Of a stretch of 52,510 nucleotides of DNA, positions 1 through 9,953 are shown one piece after another (the first letter of the stretch is position 1; each line of letters starts with the position of its first letter). Made by a program: the position numbers and the translations under genes. The stretch is taken from contig CAZKFF010000009.1 of the NCBI GenBank assembly GCA_964552045.1, positions 1-52,510 on the forward strand, read 5' to 3'. The notes below the pieces were generated by a model. It was not told the DNA's origin. It searched no databases and saw nothing but the letters and a program-made list of their open reading frames with translations. The stretch is from an uncultured Candidatus Saccharibacteria bacterium (GTDB taxonomy: Bacteria > Patescibacteriota > Minisyncoccia > Phycocordibacterales > UBA918).

Positions 1-56
1 AACATATCAGGCAAAAAGCTGTATAATGAATATGTTACAAACATAAGTTCATTCAT

Positions 57-362
57 ATGCTTACCCTCTACTACAAACCGACCTGTCCCTATTGCCAGAA
101 TGTGCTTGCAGAGGCGGAGGAGCTTGGCGTCAAGTTCAGGCTTAAGGACATCCTTTCGGATGCACAGATAGCAGATGAGCTCATAGAACAAGGCGGCAAA
201 CGGCAGGTTCCGTTTCTTGTTGACCCTGAACGAGGAGAAAAGCTCTATGAATCTGTGGACATCATTGCGTATCTTAAGATGCATTATGCCGAAGCGGAGC
301 ATGCTGCATTTGGCGGCGTGCGCATCCATCAAAGCAATGAAATATGCGAATCGTGTCAGTGA
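57..362 (+). CDS. Glutaredoxin / thioredoxin-fold protein with C-terminal CESCQ tail
   Basis: CPYC active site, QVPFLVD cis-Pro motif and LYESVDII (Grx/GST-N fold); TATAAT upstream at 22-27. Confidence 0.85.
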   Translation: MLTLYYKPTCPYCQNVLAEAEELGVKFRLKDILSDAQIADELIEQGGKRQVPFLVDPERGEKLYESVDIIAYLKMHYAEAEHAAFGGVRIHQSNEICESCQ

Positions 363-390
363 TTTTATACGTGTAATTAAATAAGACACT

Positions 391-765
391 ATGGCATTTC
401 CAACCATTCAATTCAAAGCAACCAACGTAGTGATCGACACCGCATGGCAAGATCTTGTCGAACAGAAATTCCAGTCACTTGAAAAATATGTAGGAAACGA
501 AACAGACGCGAAGTGCGATGTTGAGTTTGAGAAGGAAACCGGAGATCACCACAATTCCGGGAACCTGCATCGTGTTGAAGCGAACCTCTTCCTGCACGGG
601 AAGCTCTATCGTGCCGAGGCTTCCGAAGAGACCTTTGAAAAGGCGATTGATGCGGTGCGTTCAGAACTTGACCGTGAACTGGCTCGTTTCAATGAGCGCA
701 GAGAGACGCTCATCAAGCGCGGTGGAAGAAAGCTCAAACAGATGCTTCGGTTTGGTAGAATGTAA
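391..765 (+). CDS. hpf: Ribosome hibernation promoting factor (HPF/RaiA family)
   Basis: VEANL..GKLYRAEA...FEKAIDAVRSELDREL pattern of the S30AE family; 124 aa. Confidence 0.85.
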   Translation: MAFPTIQFKATNVVIDTAWQDLVEQKFQSLEKYVGNETDAKCDVEFEKETGDHHNSGNLHRVEANLFLHGKLYRAEASEETFEKAIDAVRSELDRELARFNERRETLIKRGGRKLKQMLRFGRM

Positions 766-767
766 GT

Positions 768-1052
768 ATGAGTGAAAAACTTCCATTGAGAGTCATAGAA
801 GGCGGATTGGCGCATGATGAACATGAGCACACCGAGCTTGAAGCGGTGCAGGCTTTTATACTGGACAGCGCACCGGAAAATTGGGAGGAAGAGATTGATG
901 CCGAAATGGTTGCGGAATACCGGCAGGAAATCATGCGGTGGAGCAATAAGAAGCTCATATCGTTCTGCCAGAACAATTATGTATGGGACGATCCGACCTA
1001 TGCCCGGGCGTTGCTTGATGTCATCAAAGGGAAGGTGACCCCCGCGGTGTGA
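768..1052 (+). CDS. Hypothetical protein
   Basis: 94-aa ORF starting 2 nt after the hpf stop; protein-like composition. Confidence 0.6.
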   Translation: MSEKLPLRVIEGGLAHDEHEHTELEAVQAFILDSAPENWEEEIDAEMVAEYRQEIMRWSNKKLISFCQNNYVWDDPTYARALLDVIKGKVTPAV

Positions 1053-1059
1053 ACAGCGC

Positions 1060-1926
1060 TCAACGCAAGCTTTGCAGGAATTGCTGAAAGTCGATCTCCT
1101 TTTTTCCTTCAGGAATGACCTTCCGAATCTGCAGCACACCGTTGACGTACGATGCATCGGTTATCTTGATGCGTTTTCCGTCATGGAAGAAATACGTTCC
1201 CGGCCACTGGTCAAAGGCGCATATCTTCAGGTACATGTTGTATGCTTCTTCTCCTGTGGGGAGATTGGCGGGGTCAAGCTGAAGTTCGCCCATTTCTTTG
1301 GTGATCTTTGTGCTGTAGGTCGCCTGCTTATGATCCTGCTTTTGTGGCGCGATCTCGCCGCGAAGCCACTTAGGGATGGTGTCAGCAAGAAGATCGCCGC
1401 CCATTTTCGCAAGCGTGAGATCGGCTTTGCTTCCTGGGATCGGTTCTGGCAAAGACAAGGGGAGCTGCGCGAGTATGGGGCCGTGGTCCATGCGTTCATC
1501 CATGAGCATAATGGTCACTCCCATGTCATGCATGCCCTGCAGAAGTCCGGTGCGAATAGGACTCGCTCCGCGGAGCTTGGGCAAAAGTGACGGGTGCACA
1601 TTGAGTGTGCCGTGCTTCGGGAGCTCTATGAGCCATTGCGGCATGAAAAGGCCGTAGGCGACCACAACAAAAAGATCCCACTCCTGAGAAAGCAGCGGGG
1701 CAAGCGCTTCCTTGTTTGCGAGGTTCTCAATCTGCAAAAGAGGAATAGCATGCGCTTTCGCCCACGCTGCAGCAGGAGAGGGTGCAGGCTGCAGACCGCG
1801 TCCCCGCTTGCGGTCGGGGCTTGTCACCACCAGGTCGGGAGTGAGATCGAAATCCTCCAGTTCCTCAAGCACCCACACCGCGATCTGCGGCGTGCCAAAA
1901 AATGCTATCTTCGGTTTCTGTTGCAT
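1060..1926 (-). CDS. fmt: Methionyl-tRNA formyltransferase
   Basis: FFGTP, VVVAYG, LNVHPSLLPKLRGASPI and MDHGPI motifs; adjacent to def. Confidence 0.97.
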   Translation of the reverse strand: MQQKPKIAFFGTPQIAVWVLEELEDFDLTPDLVVTSPDRKRGRGLQPAPSPAAAWAKAHAIPLLQIENLANKEALAPLLSQEWDLFVVVAYGLFMPQWLIELPKHGTLNVHPSLLPKLRGASPIRTGLLQGMHDMGVTIMLMDERMDHGPILAQLPLSLPEPIPGSKADLTLAKMGGDLLADTIPKWLRGEIAPQKQDHKQATYSTKITKEMGELQLDPANLPTGEEAYNMYLKICAFDQWPGTYFFHDGKRIKITDASYVNGVLQIRKVIPEGKKEIDFQQFLQSLR

Positions 1927-1929
1927 ACG

Positions 1930-2460
1930 TTAGACTTTTGACTCGGTGAGATTTTTCTTTTGCATCTCTTCCTTGGTCCATATTTTTTCTGCGCGGTCTG
2001 TAAAGAGAATACCGTCGAGGTGGTCAGTTTCATGCTGGATTATCTGTGCAAGCAGTCCGCCGGCGCCGCGTTCGTAGGGCGTCCCGGTTTCATCGAGTGC
2101 TCTGAAGGTTACGTTGGTAGATCGGCGTACTTCTCCATACAGGTCAGGTATGGAAAGACAGCCCTCGCCCACAAGGTGCGTCTTTTTGGAGAATTTCACG
2201 ATCTTCGGATTTATGGCAACAAGGTTTGGAAGCGATTCACGCTCTTCGCTCTGATCCTCGATCATGAAAAGCCGCTTTGAAACGCCGATCTGCGGAGCGG
2301 CGATCGCAACCGCCGTAAAACCGTCCACGCTGTATTTTTTCAGCGCATCTTTCATATCTTTTATGAGCTTGTCTACAGTGCCGTTCTGTATTTCCTCTGT
2401 GGTCACCTCTTCGGCAATGGTATGGAGAGCAGGATGGCTCTCGGGGACTAATTTCGCCAT
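1930..2460 (-). CDS. def: Peptide deformylase
   Basis: AIAAPQIG, EGCLS and QHETDHLDG motifs. Confidence 0.97.
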   Translation of the reverse strand: MAKLVPESHPALHTIAEEVTTEEIQNGTVDKLIKDMKDALKKYSVDGFTAVAIAAPQIGVSKRLFMIEDQSEERESLPNLVAINPKIVKFSKKTHLVGEGCLSIPDLYGEVRRSTNVTFRALDETGTPYERGAGGLLAQIIQHETDHLDGILFTDRAEKIWTKEEMQKKNLTESKV

Positions 2461-2507
2461 GGAGGAAACTATACCGCAAGTGCTTTAAAAAAGCACGATG
2501 CGTTTTT

Positions 2508-4391
2508 TTAGACAATACGTTCGGGATCAACCTCGATCTTTATGTACGGCGGGAGCGCACGGAGCTTGTCCATAAGCTCAGATCGGCCAGCCGCAGAGGG
2601 AAGACGCAGCAGGCCGTACCGCAGCGTCTGTGCGTTGTTGGACTGCGGAGCATTGTAAAACTGGATAGGGGCTCCGGGTAGCTGTGCAGCGATGATCTCT
2701 TCAACGGTTCTGGTCTCGTCTTTGGTGCCTTTCCACGAAAGGAGAATGAAGGTGCTGTACGGAGGATATCCGAGCGCTTTGCGGACAGCGATCTCGCCGT
2801 CGTAAAACTGATCGACAAGGCCTCGCTTGGCAAGCTCGATAAGCTCGTCCTGTTCGCTCCGCATCTGTATGACCACATCCCGCACTGTGATCTCTCGCAG
2901 TGCAACCAAAAGCGAGAACACCGTTTCGTCAGCTCTCCATGTCGGAACAGCCTTCATCGCTTCATAGGAGGTCACTCCTGAGGTATCAACAGGACGGGAC
3001 AAATAAGGAAGTGCCATATTTGTGCCGATGAGAATGCTCCGTTTGGTGCTGTAAAACGCATCAATGATCTTCTGCGCTTTGGAGTGGGTGGTTGCGGTCG
3101 TGTGGTCGAACACGAAGATCTCCGTCTTCGGGAAGAGCGCCTGAATCTGGTCGTGCACCTGCTGTATACCGATGCCCTGTTCGCGCAGGCGCCAGCTGCC
3201 GCATATATCGCAGACATCCGCTGCCCGTACACGCCTGCCTGAAGTGGAGGAGAGAAACCAGCGTTCCTCCTGTTCTCCCTTGAAAGTCCGTATGAGCGAA
3301 TAGGGTGCACCGGAATCCGGACAGCGGAATATGTAACCGCAGTCATAACAGGTTACCACCGGCGCCAGCCCTCTGCGGGCCGCATGAAGAAATACATGGC
3401 CTTTTGCTTCGAGCGTACGCTTGATGTTCCCGATGAGCTCATCGGTGCACAGGCTGAAGGATTCATCTTCTGAGAGCTTCTTGTGCTGCGCTACTTCGAC
3501 CGTCCCCGGCAGCTCCAGACGTTTGGTGTGCTCATCATAGGTCGCATACACATCGTCGCGCCGTTTGATTTCATCTTCAGTAAGTGGAACGCAATCACCG
3601 AGCAGTATGGAGCGTTTTGTCTGCTTCGCATAGAGCTTCAAAACTTCACGGATATCAAGGTAGGGCCGTGTGCGCAGATGGTAGTATCCGCTCGCGCAAT
3701 TTTCAACAATGATGGTCGTGATGTCGTGCCGGTCGAGGAAGGCATAACTCGGGGTCGCAATGATGAGTTTCGCCTGCCGCAGGTCTTCAAACGCTTCATA
3801 CGCACCGCGCATCTGCTTTTTTGTGTGGGACCCACAGAAGGTCACCACCCGGTTTTCAATCCCGACTTCCAGTTTTTTCCGCACCGTTTCCACTGCCGCA
3901 GATGTGGGAACCACGAACATGACTGAACCGCGGTGCGCAAATGTCTGGCGAATATGGCTGCGGTAGGCGATGAATCGGTTGGTGGCGACATCAGTGAGGA
4001 TCCGCGGTGTGCTGTCCTCATTGCTCGTGTGTGCGGCGCTTTTCGGGTACGTGCGTTCTCCTTTCCGGATATCCGGCGGCAGCAGGGAAAACAAAATCGC
4101 GCCGACGCTTGAGGGGATACATTGCGCCATCTCTTGTGCGGTTGCCACGAGTTCCGCAGGAAGCATCGAGGTATGTTCCTGTACCGCAAGTTTCCGCAAT
4201 GAGAAGGTCGCGGTCTTCAGGGCGGTTTTTGCCGCTGATACCGGCTTTGCACCGACCACGAGCGCTGTGGTTTCCGCATTGCGGACTGGTATGGAAAGAA
4301 GCGTACCATTGGGATAACAGACCGCAGAATAGTAGGAAAGTGATTCCGTGAGGATGCCGCGTTTGAGAGGGATCACTTCAATGACATACAT
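2508..4391 (-). CDS. priA: Primosomal protein N' (PriA), degenerate helicase motifs
   Basis: N-terminal LSY/IPVR 3'-binding domain, RRGLAPVVTCYDCG..CP..CDICGS zinc region, GIGIQQV, YPPY and IEVDP C-terminus; Walker A and DExH not recognisable. Confidence 0.85.
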   Translation of the reverse strand: MYVIEVIPLKRGILTESLSYYSAVCYPNGTLLSIPVRNAETTALVVGAKPVSAAKTALKTATFSLRKLAVQEHTSMLPAELVATAQEMAQCIPSSVGAILFSLLPPDIRKGERTYPKSAAHTSNEDSTPRILTDVATNRFIAYRSHIRQTFAHRGSVMFVVPTSAAVETVRKKLEVGIENRVVTFCGSHTKKQMRGAYEAFEDLRQAKLIIATPSYAFLDRHDITTIIVENCASGYYHLRTRPYLDIREVLKLYAKQTKRSILLGDCVPLTEDEIKRRDDVYATYDEHTKRLELPGTVEVAQHKKLSEDESFSLCTDELIGNIKRTLEAKGHVFLHAARRGLAPVVTCYDCGYIFRCPDSGAPYSLIRTFKGEQEERWFLSSTSGRRVRAADVCDICGSWRLREQGIGIQQVHDQIQALFPKTEIFVFDHTTATTHSKAQKIIDAFYSTKRSILIGTNMALPYLSRPVDTSGVTSYEAMKAVPTWRADETVFSLLVALREITVRDVVIQMRSEQDELIELAKRGLVDQFYDGEIAVRKALGYPPYSTFILLSWKGTKDETRTVEEIIAAQLPGAPIQFYNAPQSNNAQTLRYGLLRLPSAAGRSELMDKLRALPPYIKIEVDPERIV

Positions 4392-4438
4392 GGGAGGCCA
4401 TTATACCAAATCGACCGGTTTTGTTGATTGTGTTTTCA

Positions 4439-4470
4439 AAAGCCCGGCAGCGCATGCGCTGCCGGGCTTT
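4439..4470 (-). terminator. Palindromic hairpin, likely terminator downstream of murA
   Basis: Perfect 32-bp palindrome aaagcccggcagcgcatgcgctgccgggcttt, 17 nt beyond the murA stop. Confidence 0.6.
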
Positions 4471-4487
4471 CAATGTGCCTATCGCTC

Positions 4488-5987
4488 CTAAAATTCCTCG
4501 AGATACCGGATCTGCGCATGAAGCGACGAAAGGCGTTCTACGAGGCCCTCATAGCCGCGGTTGATGCTATAGATGTTGCGCAGAACCGAGCGGCCTTCTG
4601 CGCCGAGCATTGCTATAAGCAGGATGGTCGCGGGACGCAGAGCAGGAGGACAGATAAGCTCATTGGCCCGCAGCTTTGTGGGGCCATTGATATAGATGCG
4701 GTGCGGATCGGCAAGGACAGTCTCCGCTCCGAGCTTGTCGAGCTCAGTGAAATAGATCGCTCGCTTCTCATACACCCAGTCATGGATGAGTGTCTGGCCC
4801 TGTGCCTGGGTTGCGATCACTGCAAAGAAGGGCAGGTTGTCGATATTGAGCCCTGGATACGGCCGCGCATATATCTTTTCATGGAGCGAGACAAGCTTTG
4901 ACGGTCGGGTGGTGATGTCAACCAGACGCGTGAGACCGTTGTGGCTGAGGTACGATTTGGACGCGGTGTATTTGAATCCCATCTTCTGCAGCTTTAAAAG
5001 CTCAAGCTCGAGGAAGTCTATCGGGCAGCGTGTGATGGTGAGCGATGAATTGGTGACGATCGCTGCAGCGAGGAAGAACATGGAGTCAGTCGGATCCTCG
5101 GCAAGCGTATATGTGATATCAGAATTGATCTCTGTAATGCCGGTTACGGTAAGCGTGGTCGTGCCGACGCCGTCTATCTGTACGCCGCATACCCGCAGGA
5201 AGGCACATATTTCCTGGACCATGTAATTGGCTGAGGCATATTTTATTGTGGTGACGCATGGCGAGAGCGCCGCCGCAAAAAGCGCATTCTCCGTTACGGT
5301 ATCCCCGGATTCATAGAGAATGATCTCGTCCGGGCATTTGGGAGCTACAGAGACTTTGAAGGCGTCTTCCGTAGTCTCTATCCCTACGCCAAAATGCTCA
5401 AGCGCGAAGAAATGCGGACGCACGGTGCGGCTGCCGAGCTTGCAACCTCCTGACTGAGGAAGCGAGAACTTGTTGAAATGATGGATGAGCGCTCCGATGA
5501 ACATCACGATACTCCGTGTCTTGCGGGCAGCGTCGACATCTATCTTCTTGAGATCGAACGAGGCGGGGGGAGTGATGGTGAGGTCGCTTTCTTTCCACTC
5601 GACCTTCACACCGATCGACTCAAGCACTTCAATGAGGCGGTACACTTCCTCGATCTTGGGCATGTGCCGCAGCGTCGTCTTGCCTTTGTTCAGCAGCGAG
5701 GCGCATAAAAGGCCGACCGCACCGTTTTTTGAAGTGTTGGTCTCAATGGTTCCGGAGAGTTTTGTTCCGCCTATGATCTCAAGGTTCATTGAACCGGGAG
5801 TTGGCGTGAGAAGATTGCGGTTGAGCGCTTTGCTTATCTTCTTGACCATGTCGGTAGTGACATTCTGTTTGCCGCTTTCGATGCGGGCGATGGCGCTCTG
5901 GGTAGTCTTGATCTTCTTTGCCAGGACGCTTTGGGTCATCCCGGAGCTTTCGCGGACGGAAGCGATACGTGAACCGATGTGTTGCAT
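4488..5987 (-). CDS. murA: UDP-N-acetylglucosamine 1-carboxyvinyltransferase with N-terminal XRE-type HTH
   Basis: N-terminal GMTQSVLAKKIKTTQSAIARIESG HTH; SKNGAV, GGCKLGSR (catalytic Cys) and YPGLNID motifs of MurA. Confidence 0.93.
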   Translation of the reverse strand: MQHIGSRIASVRESSGMTQSVLAKKIKTTQSAIARIESGKQNVTTDMVKKISKALNRNLLTPTPGSMNLEIIGGTKLSGTIETNTSKNGAVGLLCASLLNKGKTTLRHMPKIEEVYRLIEVLESIGVKVEWKESDLTITPPASFDLKKIDVDAARKTRSIVMFIGALIHHFNKFSLPQSGGCKLGSRTVRPHFFALEHFGVGIETTEDAFKVSVAPKCPDEIILYESGDTVTENALFAAALSPCVTTIKYASANYMVQEICAFLRVCGVQIDGVGTTTLTVTGITEINSDITYTLAEDPTDSMFFLAAAIVTNSSLTITRCPIDFLELELLKLQKMGFKYTASKSYLSHNGLTRLVDITTRPSKLVSLHEKIYARPYPGLNIDNLPFFAVIATQAQGQTLIHDWVYEKRAIYFTELDKLGAETVLADPHRIYINGPTKLRANELICPPALRPATILLIAMLGAEGRSVLRNIYSINRGYEGLVERLSSLHAQIRYLEEF

Positions 5988-5995
5988 ATGCCACG

Positions 5996-6024
5996 AATAT
6001 ATAGCATATATGCTATATTTACAA
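5996..6024 (-). promoter_or_regulatory. murA promoter (TTGTAA-N17-TATATT) with a 20-bp palindromic operator at 5999-6018
   Basis: Perfect palindrome atatagcatatatgctatat spans the -35/-10 spacer; the -10 box is 8 nt from the ATG. Confidence 0.65.
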
Positions 6025-6099
6025 GCTTCCGGTTGGGGAAGAAGCTAGAGCACGCGCACACACTTCCCATTTTCTCAAAAACAGCTACTATTGAGATTC

Positions 6100-7113
6100 A
6101 TGTTGCAGTTGCTTTCCTCAAAGATAGGCATAGACCTGGGAACTACCAGTGTGCTCGTGTTCGTTCCCGGACAGGGCATTGTCCTCAATGAGCCGTCGGT
6201 TGTCGCCGTTTCTGACGATAACAAAGTGCTTGCAGTTGGCATCGAGGCAAAGCGGATGATCGGGCGCACACCTGAGAGCATCCGTGCGTACCGGCCGATG
6301 AAAGACGGGGTCATTGCAGACTACCGCGTGACCGAAGCCATGCTGCGATATTTCATCCGCAAAGCCACGAGCAAGTTCCAGATACTGAAACCGGACGTCA
6401 TGATCTCCGTGCCTGCGGGTGTATCTTCTACGGAAAAGCGCGCTGTAGTGGAGGCTGCCGCACGTGCCGGAGCGCGCAACGCATATGTGGTGAAAGAGCC
6501 TATCCTTGCGGCGATCGGTGCCGGCGTACCTATATATGAGCCGCAAGGACACATGATCGTTGACATTGGGGGCGGTACCATCGACGTTGCGGTCATTTCG
6601 CTTGGCGGTATTGTGGCTGCGAACTCGGTTAAGTGCGCCGGCAACCGCATTGACGCGGCGATCATCGACTACATCAAGAAGAACCGGAATCTTTCGATCG
6701 GCGAAAAGACTGCAGAGGAGGTGAAGATACAGATCGGTTCGGCGCTGCCGCTTGAGGAGGAGCTCGTGATGGACATCAAAGGGCGCGATTTTATTTCGGG
6801 GTTGCCGCGCACCACTGAAGTGCGGACCAATGAGATCGTCCGTGCGATCTCGCGCGAGCTGCGCGAAATGGTCAAGGCGATCAAAGATGTGTTTCAGGAG
6901 ACCCCGCCCGAGCTTGCGGCGGATATCATCGACAACGGCATCATCATGACCGGCGGAACGTCGCAGCTGCGCAATTTCACCGAGCTTGTGCGCCGCCGCA
7001 CCGGCGTGAAGGCGATCCTCTCTGATCAGGCGCTCTTCTGTGTGGTGAAAGGGACCGGTATCGCACTTGAACATTTGGATACCTATAAGCGGACAGTCAT
7101 CGCCAAGCGCTAG
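6100..7113 (+). CDS. mreB: Rod shape-determining actin homologue MreB (copy 1)
   Basis: IGIDLGT, NEPSVVA, RPMKDGVIAD, VDIGGGT and MTGG motifs; ATG at 6100 chosen. Confidence 0.95.
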   Translation: MLQLLSSKIGIDLGTTSVLVFVPGQGIVLNEPSVVAVSDDNKVLAVGIEAKRMIGRTPESIRAYRPMKDGVIADYRVTEAMLRYFIRKATSKFQILKPDVMISVPAGVSSTEKRAVVEAAARAGARNAYVVKEPILAAIGAGVPIYEPQGHMIVDIGGGTIDVAVISLGGIVAANSVKCAGNRIDAAIIDYIKKNRNLSIGEKTAEEVKIQIGSALPLEEELVMDIKGRDFISGLPRTTEVRTNEIVRAISRELREMVKAIKDVFQETPPELAADIIDNGIIMTGGTSQLRNFTELVRRRTGVKAILSDQALFCVVKGTGIALEHLDTYKRTVIAKR

Positions 7114-7175
7114 CCTCCGCTTTCTTTTCCACCCGCCGACGCCGTTTCTGTTGGCTTTGCACATATAATGTATGC

Positions 7176-9944
7176 ATGGAATCTCTGCCAAAGCGCTTCT
7201 CATCGCCCCAGGAGGAGATAGCGTATCTGCGTGAACAGATCGCTCACAAAGAGCGCGAGCTTTTGTCACGTACGCCTGAGATAGACCAAGCTGATATAGA
7301 GACGGTCGCCAAGCAGGAGCTTCGGGACTACAGTACTTTTGCTCCTGAGACGGTCCTGCAGAGCGGACATACGCTGAACGACCAGGAACTGTCGGCGTCT
7401 GCTGAGCTTGTGGGCTCCTCGCGTAATCCGGTGGAGGAGATACTCCAGATCGCTTCAGAGCGCGGCATCCATAATGCGCTTTCGGTTTTGGAAAAAGCGA
7501 ACAATGCATTTATCACCGACGAGGTACATCGGGCGCTCATTGAGCAAATAAAAGAGGGGAAGCGCATCCAGAACCTCCGCGAAGGCGTACCGCCGTGGCA
7601 GGTACTCCATATGACGCTGTTTGAAGTCGCGCTCCCCGAGCTGTCCAACAGCGAGGGGAGGGAACGGACGCTTTCTGAGCTCATAAGCATGATGGAGCAG
7701 CTCTATGCCGGCATGCAGAACGTCGGTACTTCAAAACGCCGCGAACACTATGCGCTTGAGCTGTCGGTTGCAGAAGGAAGCGATGATATTGTGTTCTATG
7801 TCGCAGTGCCGAGCGCATACGTCGATCTGTTTGAAAAACAGCTGCTTTCGCTGTACCCCAACGCGCTATTAACTGAGCAGAAGCACGATTACAACATTTT
7901 CACTGAAGGCGGAACCTCGCTTGTGTCGGTCTGCGAACTGAAGAACCACCCCATCTATCCGCTTCGCGGCAAGGACGATTTCGAATCAGACCCAATGGCC
8001 GTTTTGCTCAATGCTTTTTCCAAGATAGAGCGCGAAGGCGGCGGCGCCTCGCTCCAAATACTTATCCGCAATGCCGCTCCGTCTGCGCTCTCCTCCTGTG
8101 AGGCGATCATTAAGCGGGTGAAAGACGGCGCAAAGGTCAAAGACGCGATCATGCGTGGTTCGCTTCAGGGAGAGCTTCTCTATTCCGTTAAAGGGCTTCT
8201 CTCATCGCAGAAACAAAAGAAGGATGATGGCTCGCTGCCGACCGCTGAAGTGGATCATGACGCGCTTGCGCTTTTCACGGAAAAGGTGCAGAGTCCGCTC
8301 CTTGAGGTTGCCATCCGTATTGCCGTGTCTGCCCGGGAAAAAGAACGGGCTGAACAGATCATAAGCGAGATAGAAGCGACATTCCATCAGTTCGAAAAAC
8401 CGCGCAGCAATAAGCTCGTGTTCAAAAGGATCAGTGGAGGAGCATTGACGCGGGAGATCAAAGCGTACTCTTTTCGTGAGTTCCTGCGTGCTTCAGGACT
8501 CTGGCTTTCCATGCGGGAGCTGTCGACGATAGTTCACTTTCCGGCTGAAGGAACCATCGCTTCGCCGCAGTTCAAACAATCACGTGCAAAGACCGCCGCA
8601 GCGCCGAACGATATGCCCACAGCAGGGACACTGCTCGGGACCAATGTTCACCGGGGCATACAGAAGGATATTTATATAACGCATGAGGACAGGCTGCGCC
8701 ACTTTTACATCATCGGACAGACCGGCACCGGAAAGACCACGCTCATGAAGAATATGATCCTCCAGGATATCGAGGAAGGATACGGTGTGTGTTTCATCGA
8801 TCCGCACGGGACCGACATTGAAGACATACTTGGTGCACTGCCGTCCCACAGGATGGAAGACGTTATTTATTTTGATCCGGCATCGCAGGATCATGTGATC
8901 GGCCTCAATATGCTCGAGTATGACGCGCACCGCCCCGAGCAGAAGACCTTCGTGGTTAATGAACTCTTTTCTATATTCCAGAAGCTCTATGGCGCCAATC
9001 CCGAATCCATGGGGCCGATGTTTGAACAGTATTTCCGTAATGCGACGCTCCTGGTCATGGACGATCCTGAAAGCGGCAACACGCTCATGGATATCTCGCG
9101 GGTCATGGCTGACTCCGCATACCGCAGGATGAAGCTCCAGAATGCGAAGAATCCGGTGATCAAACAGTTCTGGCAGGAGATAGCAACGAAGGCCGGTGGC
9201 GAAGCTGCGCTCGAGAACATCGTTCCATACATCGTGTCGAAGTTCGATGTCTTCACCGCCAACGACTACATGCGGCCGATCATCGGCCAGCAGCACTCAA
9301 CGTTCAACTTCCGCAGCGTCATGGATGACCGCAAGATACTCCTGGTCAATCTCTCCAAAGGACGCATCGGCGAGATAAACGCGAACCTCATCGGCATGAT
9401 CATTGTGGGGAAGATACTCATGGCCGCGCTGTCACGCGTTGACGACCCGCAGCGGCGATTCCCGCCTTTTTATCTGCACATGGATGAGTTCCAGAACATT
9501 TCAACCAATTCGATCGCTGCCATCCTTTCTGAAGCGCGCAAGTACAAGCTCGGACTTACCATTGCGCACCAGTTCATCGCCCAGCTTGAAGCTCCGATAA
9601 AGGACGCAGTGTTCGGCAATGTCGGCTCCATCGCCGCGTTTCGTGTCGGTCCCGACGATGCACAGTTCCTGCAGCAGCAGTTCAAACCGAGCTTCGACAG
9701 CAACGATCTCATGAATGTTCCTAATCGTACTGCGTATGTGCGTATCCTCGCGGAAGGCACACCGACCCGTCCGTTCAGCGTCGCCACCAAGGCGCCGAGA
9801 GCGGTCGATCATACGCAGATCGCGTGGATAAAGGAGGAGAGCAAAGTCGCCTACGGCAGGCCTAAAGACGAGGTCGAAGCCGATATTGCTGCCCGTTATC
9901 AAAAGAAAAGCACGCTCTCAAAAGGCGGGTCTGCTATCATGTAA
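7176..9944 (+). CDS. VirD4/TraD-like (type IV coupling / HerA-FtsK superfamily) ATPase with long N-terminal extension
   Basis: RLRHFYIIGQTGTGKT Walker A, FIDPHG, LHMDEFQN Walker B, SEARKYKLGLTIAHQFIAQL. Confidence 0.85.
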   Translation: MESLPKRFSSPQEEIAYLREQIAHKERELLSRTPEIDQADIETVAKQELRDYSTFAPETVLQSGHTLNDQELSASAELVGSSRNPVEEILQIASERGIHNALSVLEKANNAFITDEVHRALIEQIKEGKRIQNLREGVPPWQVLHMTLFEVALPELSNSEGRERTLSELISMMEQLYAGMQNVGTSKRREHYALELSVAEGSDDIVFYVAVPSAYVDLFEKQLLSLYPNALLTEQKHDYNIFTEGGTSLVSVCELKNHPIYPLRGKDDFESDPMAVLLNAFSKIEREGGGASLQILIRNAAPSALSSCEAIIKRVKDGAKVKDAIMRGSLQGELLYSVKGLLSSQKQKKDDGSLPTAEVDHDALALFTEKVQSPLLEVAIRIAVSAREKERAEQIISEIEATFHQFEKPRSNKLVFKRISGGALTREIKAYSFREFLRASGLWLSMRELSTIVHFPAEGTIASPQFKQSRAKTAAAPNDMPTAGTLLGTNVHRGIQKDIYITHEDRLRHFYIIGQTGTGKTTLMKNMILQDIEEGYGVCFIDPHGTDIEDILGALPSHRMEDVIYFDPASQDHVIGLNMLEYDAHRPEQKTFVVNELFSIFQKLYGANPESMGPMFEQYFRNATLLVMDDPESGNTLMDISRVMADSAYRRMKLQNAKNPVIKQFWQEIATKAGGEAALENIVPYIVSKFDVFTANDYMRPIIGQQHSTFNFRSVMDDRKILLVNLSKGRIGEINANLIGMIIVGKILMAALSRVDDPQRRFPPFYLHMDEFQNISTNSIAAILSEARKYKLGLTIAHQFIAQLEAPIKDAVFGNVGSIAAFRVGPDDAQFLQQQFKPSFDSNDLMNVPNRTAYVRILAEGTPTRPFSVATKAPRAVDHTQIAWIKEESKVAYGRPKDEVEADIAARYQKKSTLSKGGSAIM

Positions 9945-9953
9945 TACGCAATC

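Noticed and set aside
6118-7509. 463-aa minus-strand ORF and similar long antisense ORFs (e.g. 18751-19674, 25976-26590, 30203-30988)
   Set aside because: They are shadow frames of well-supported genes on the opposite strand and carry no motifs.
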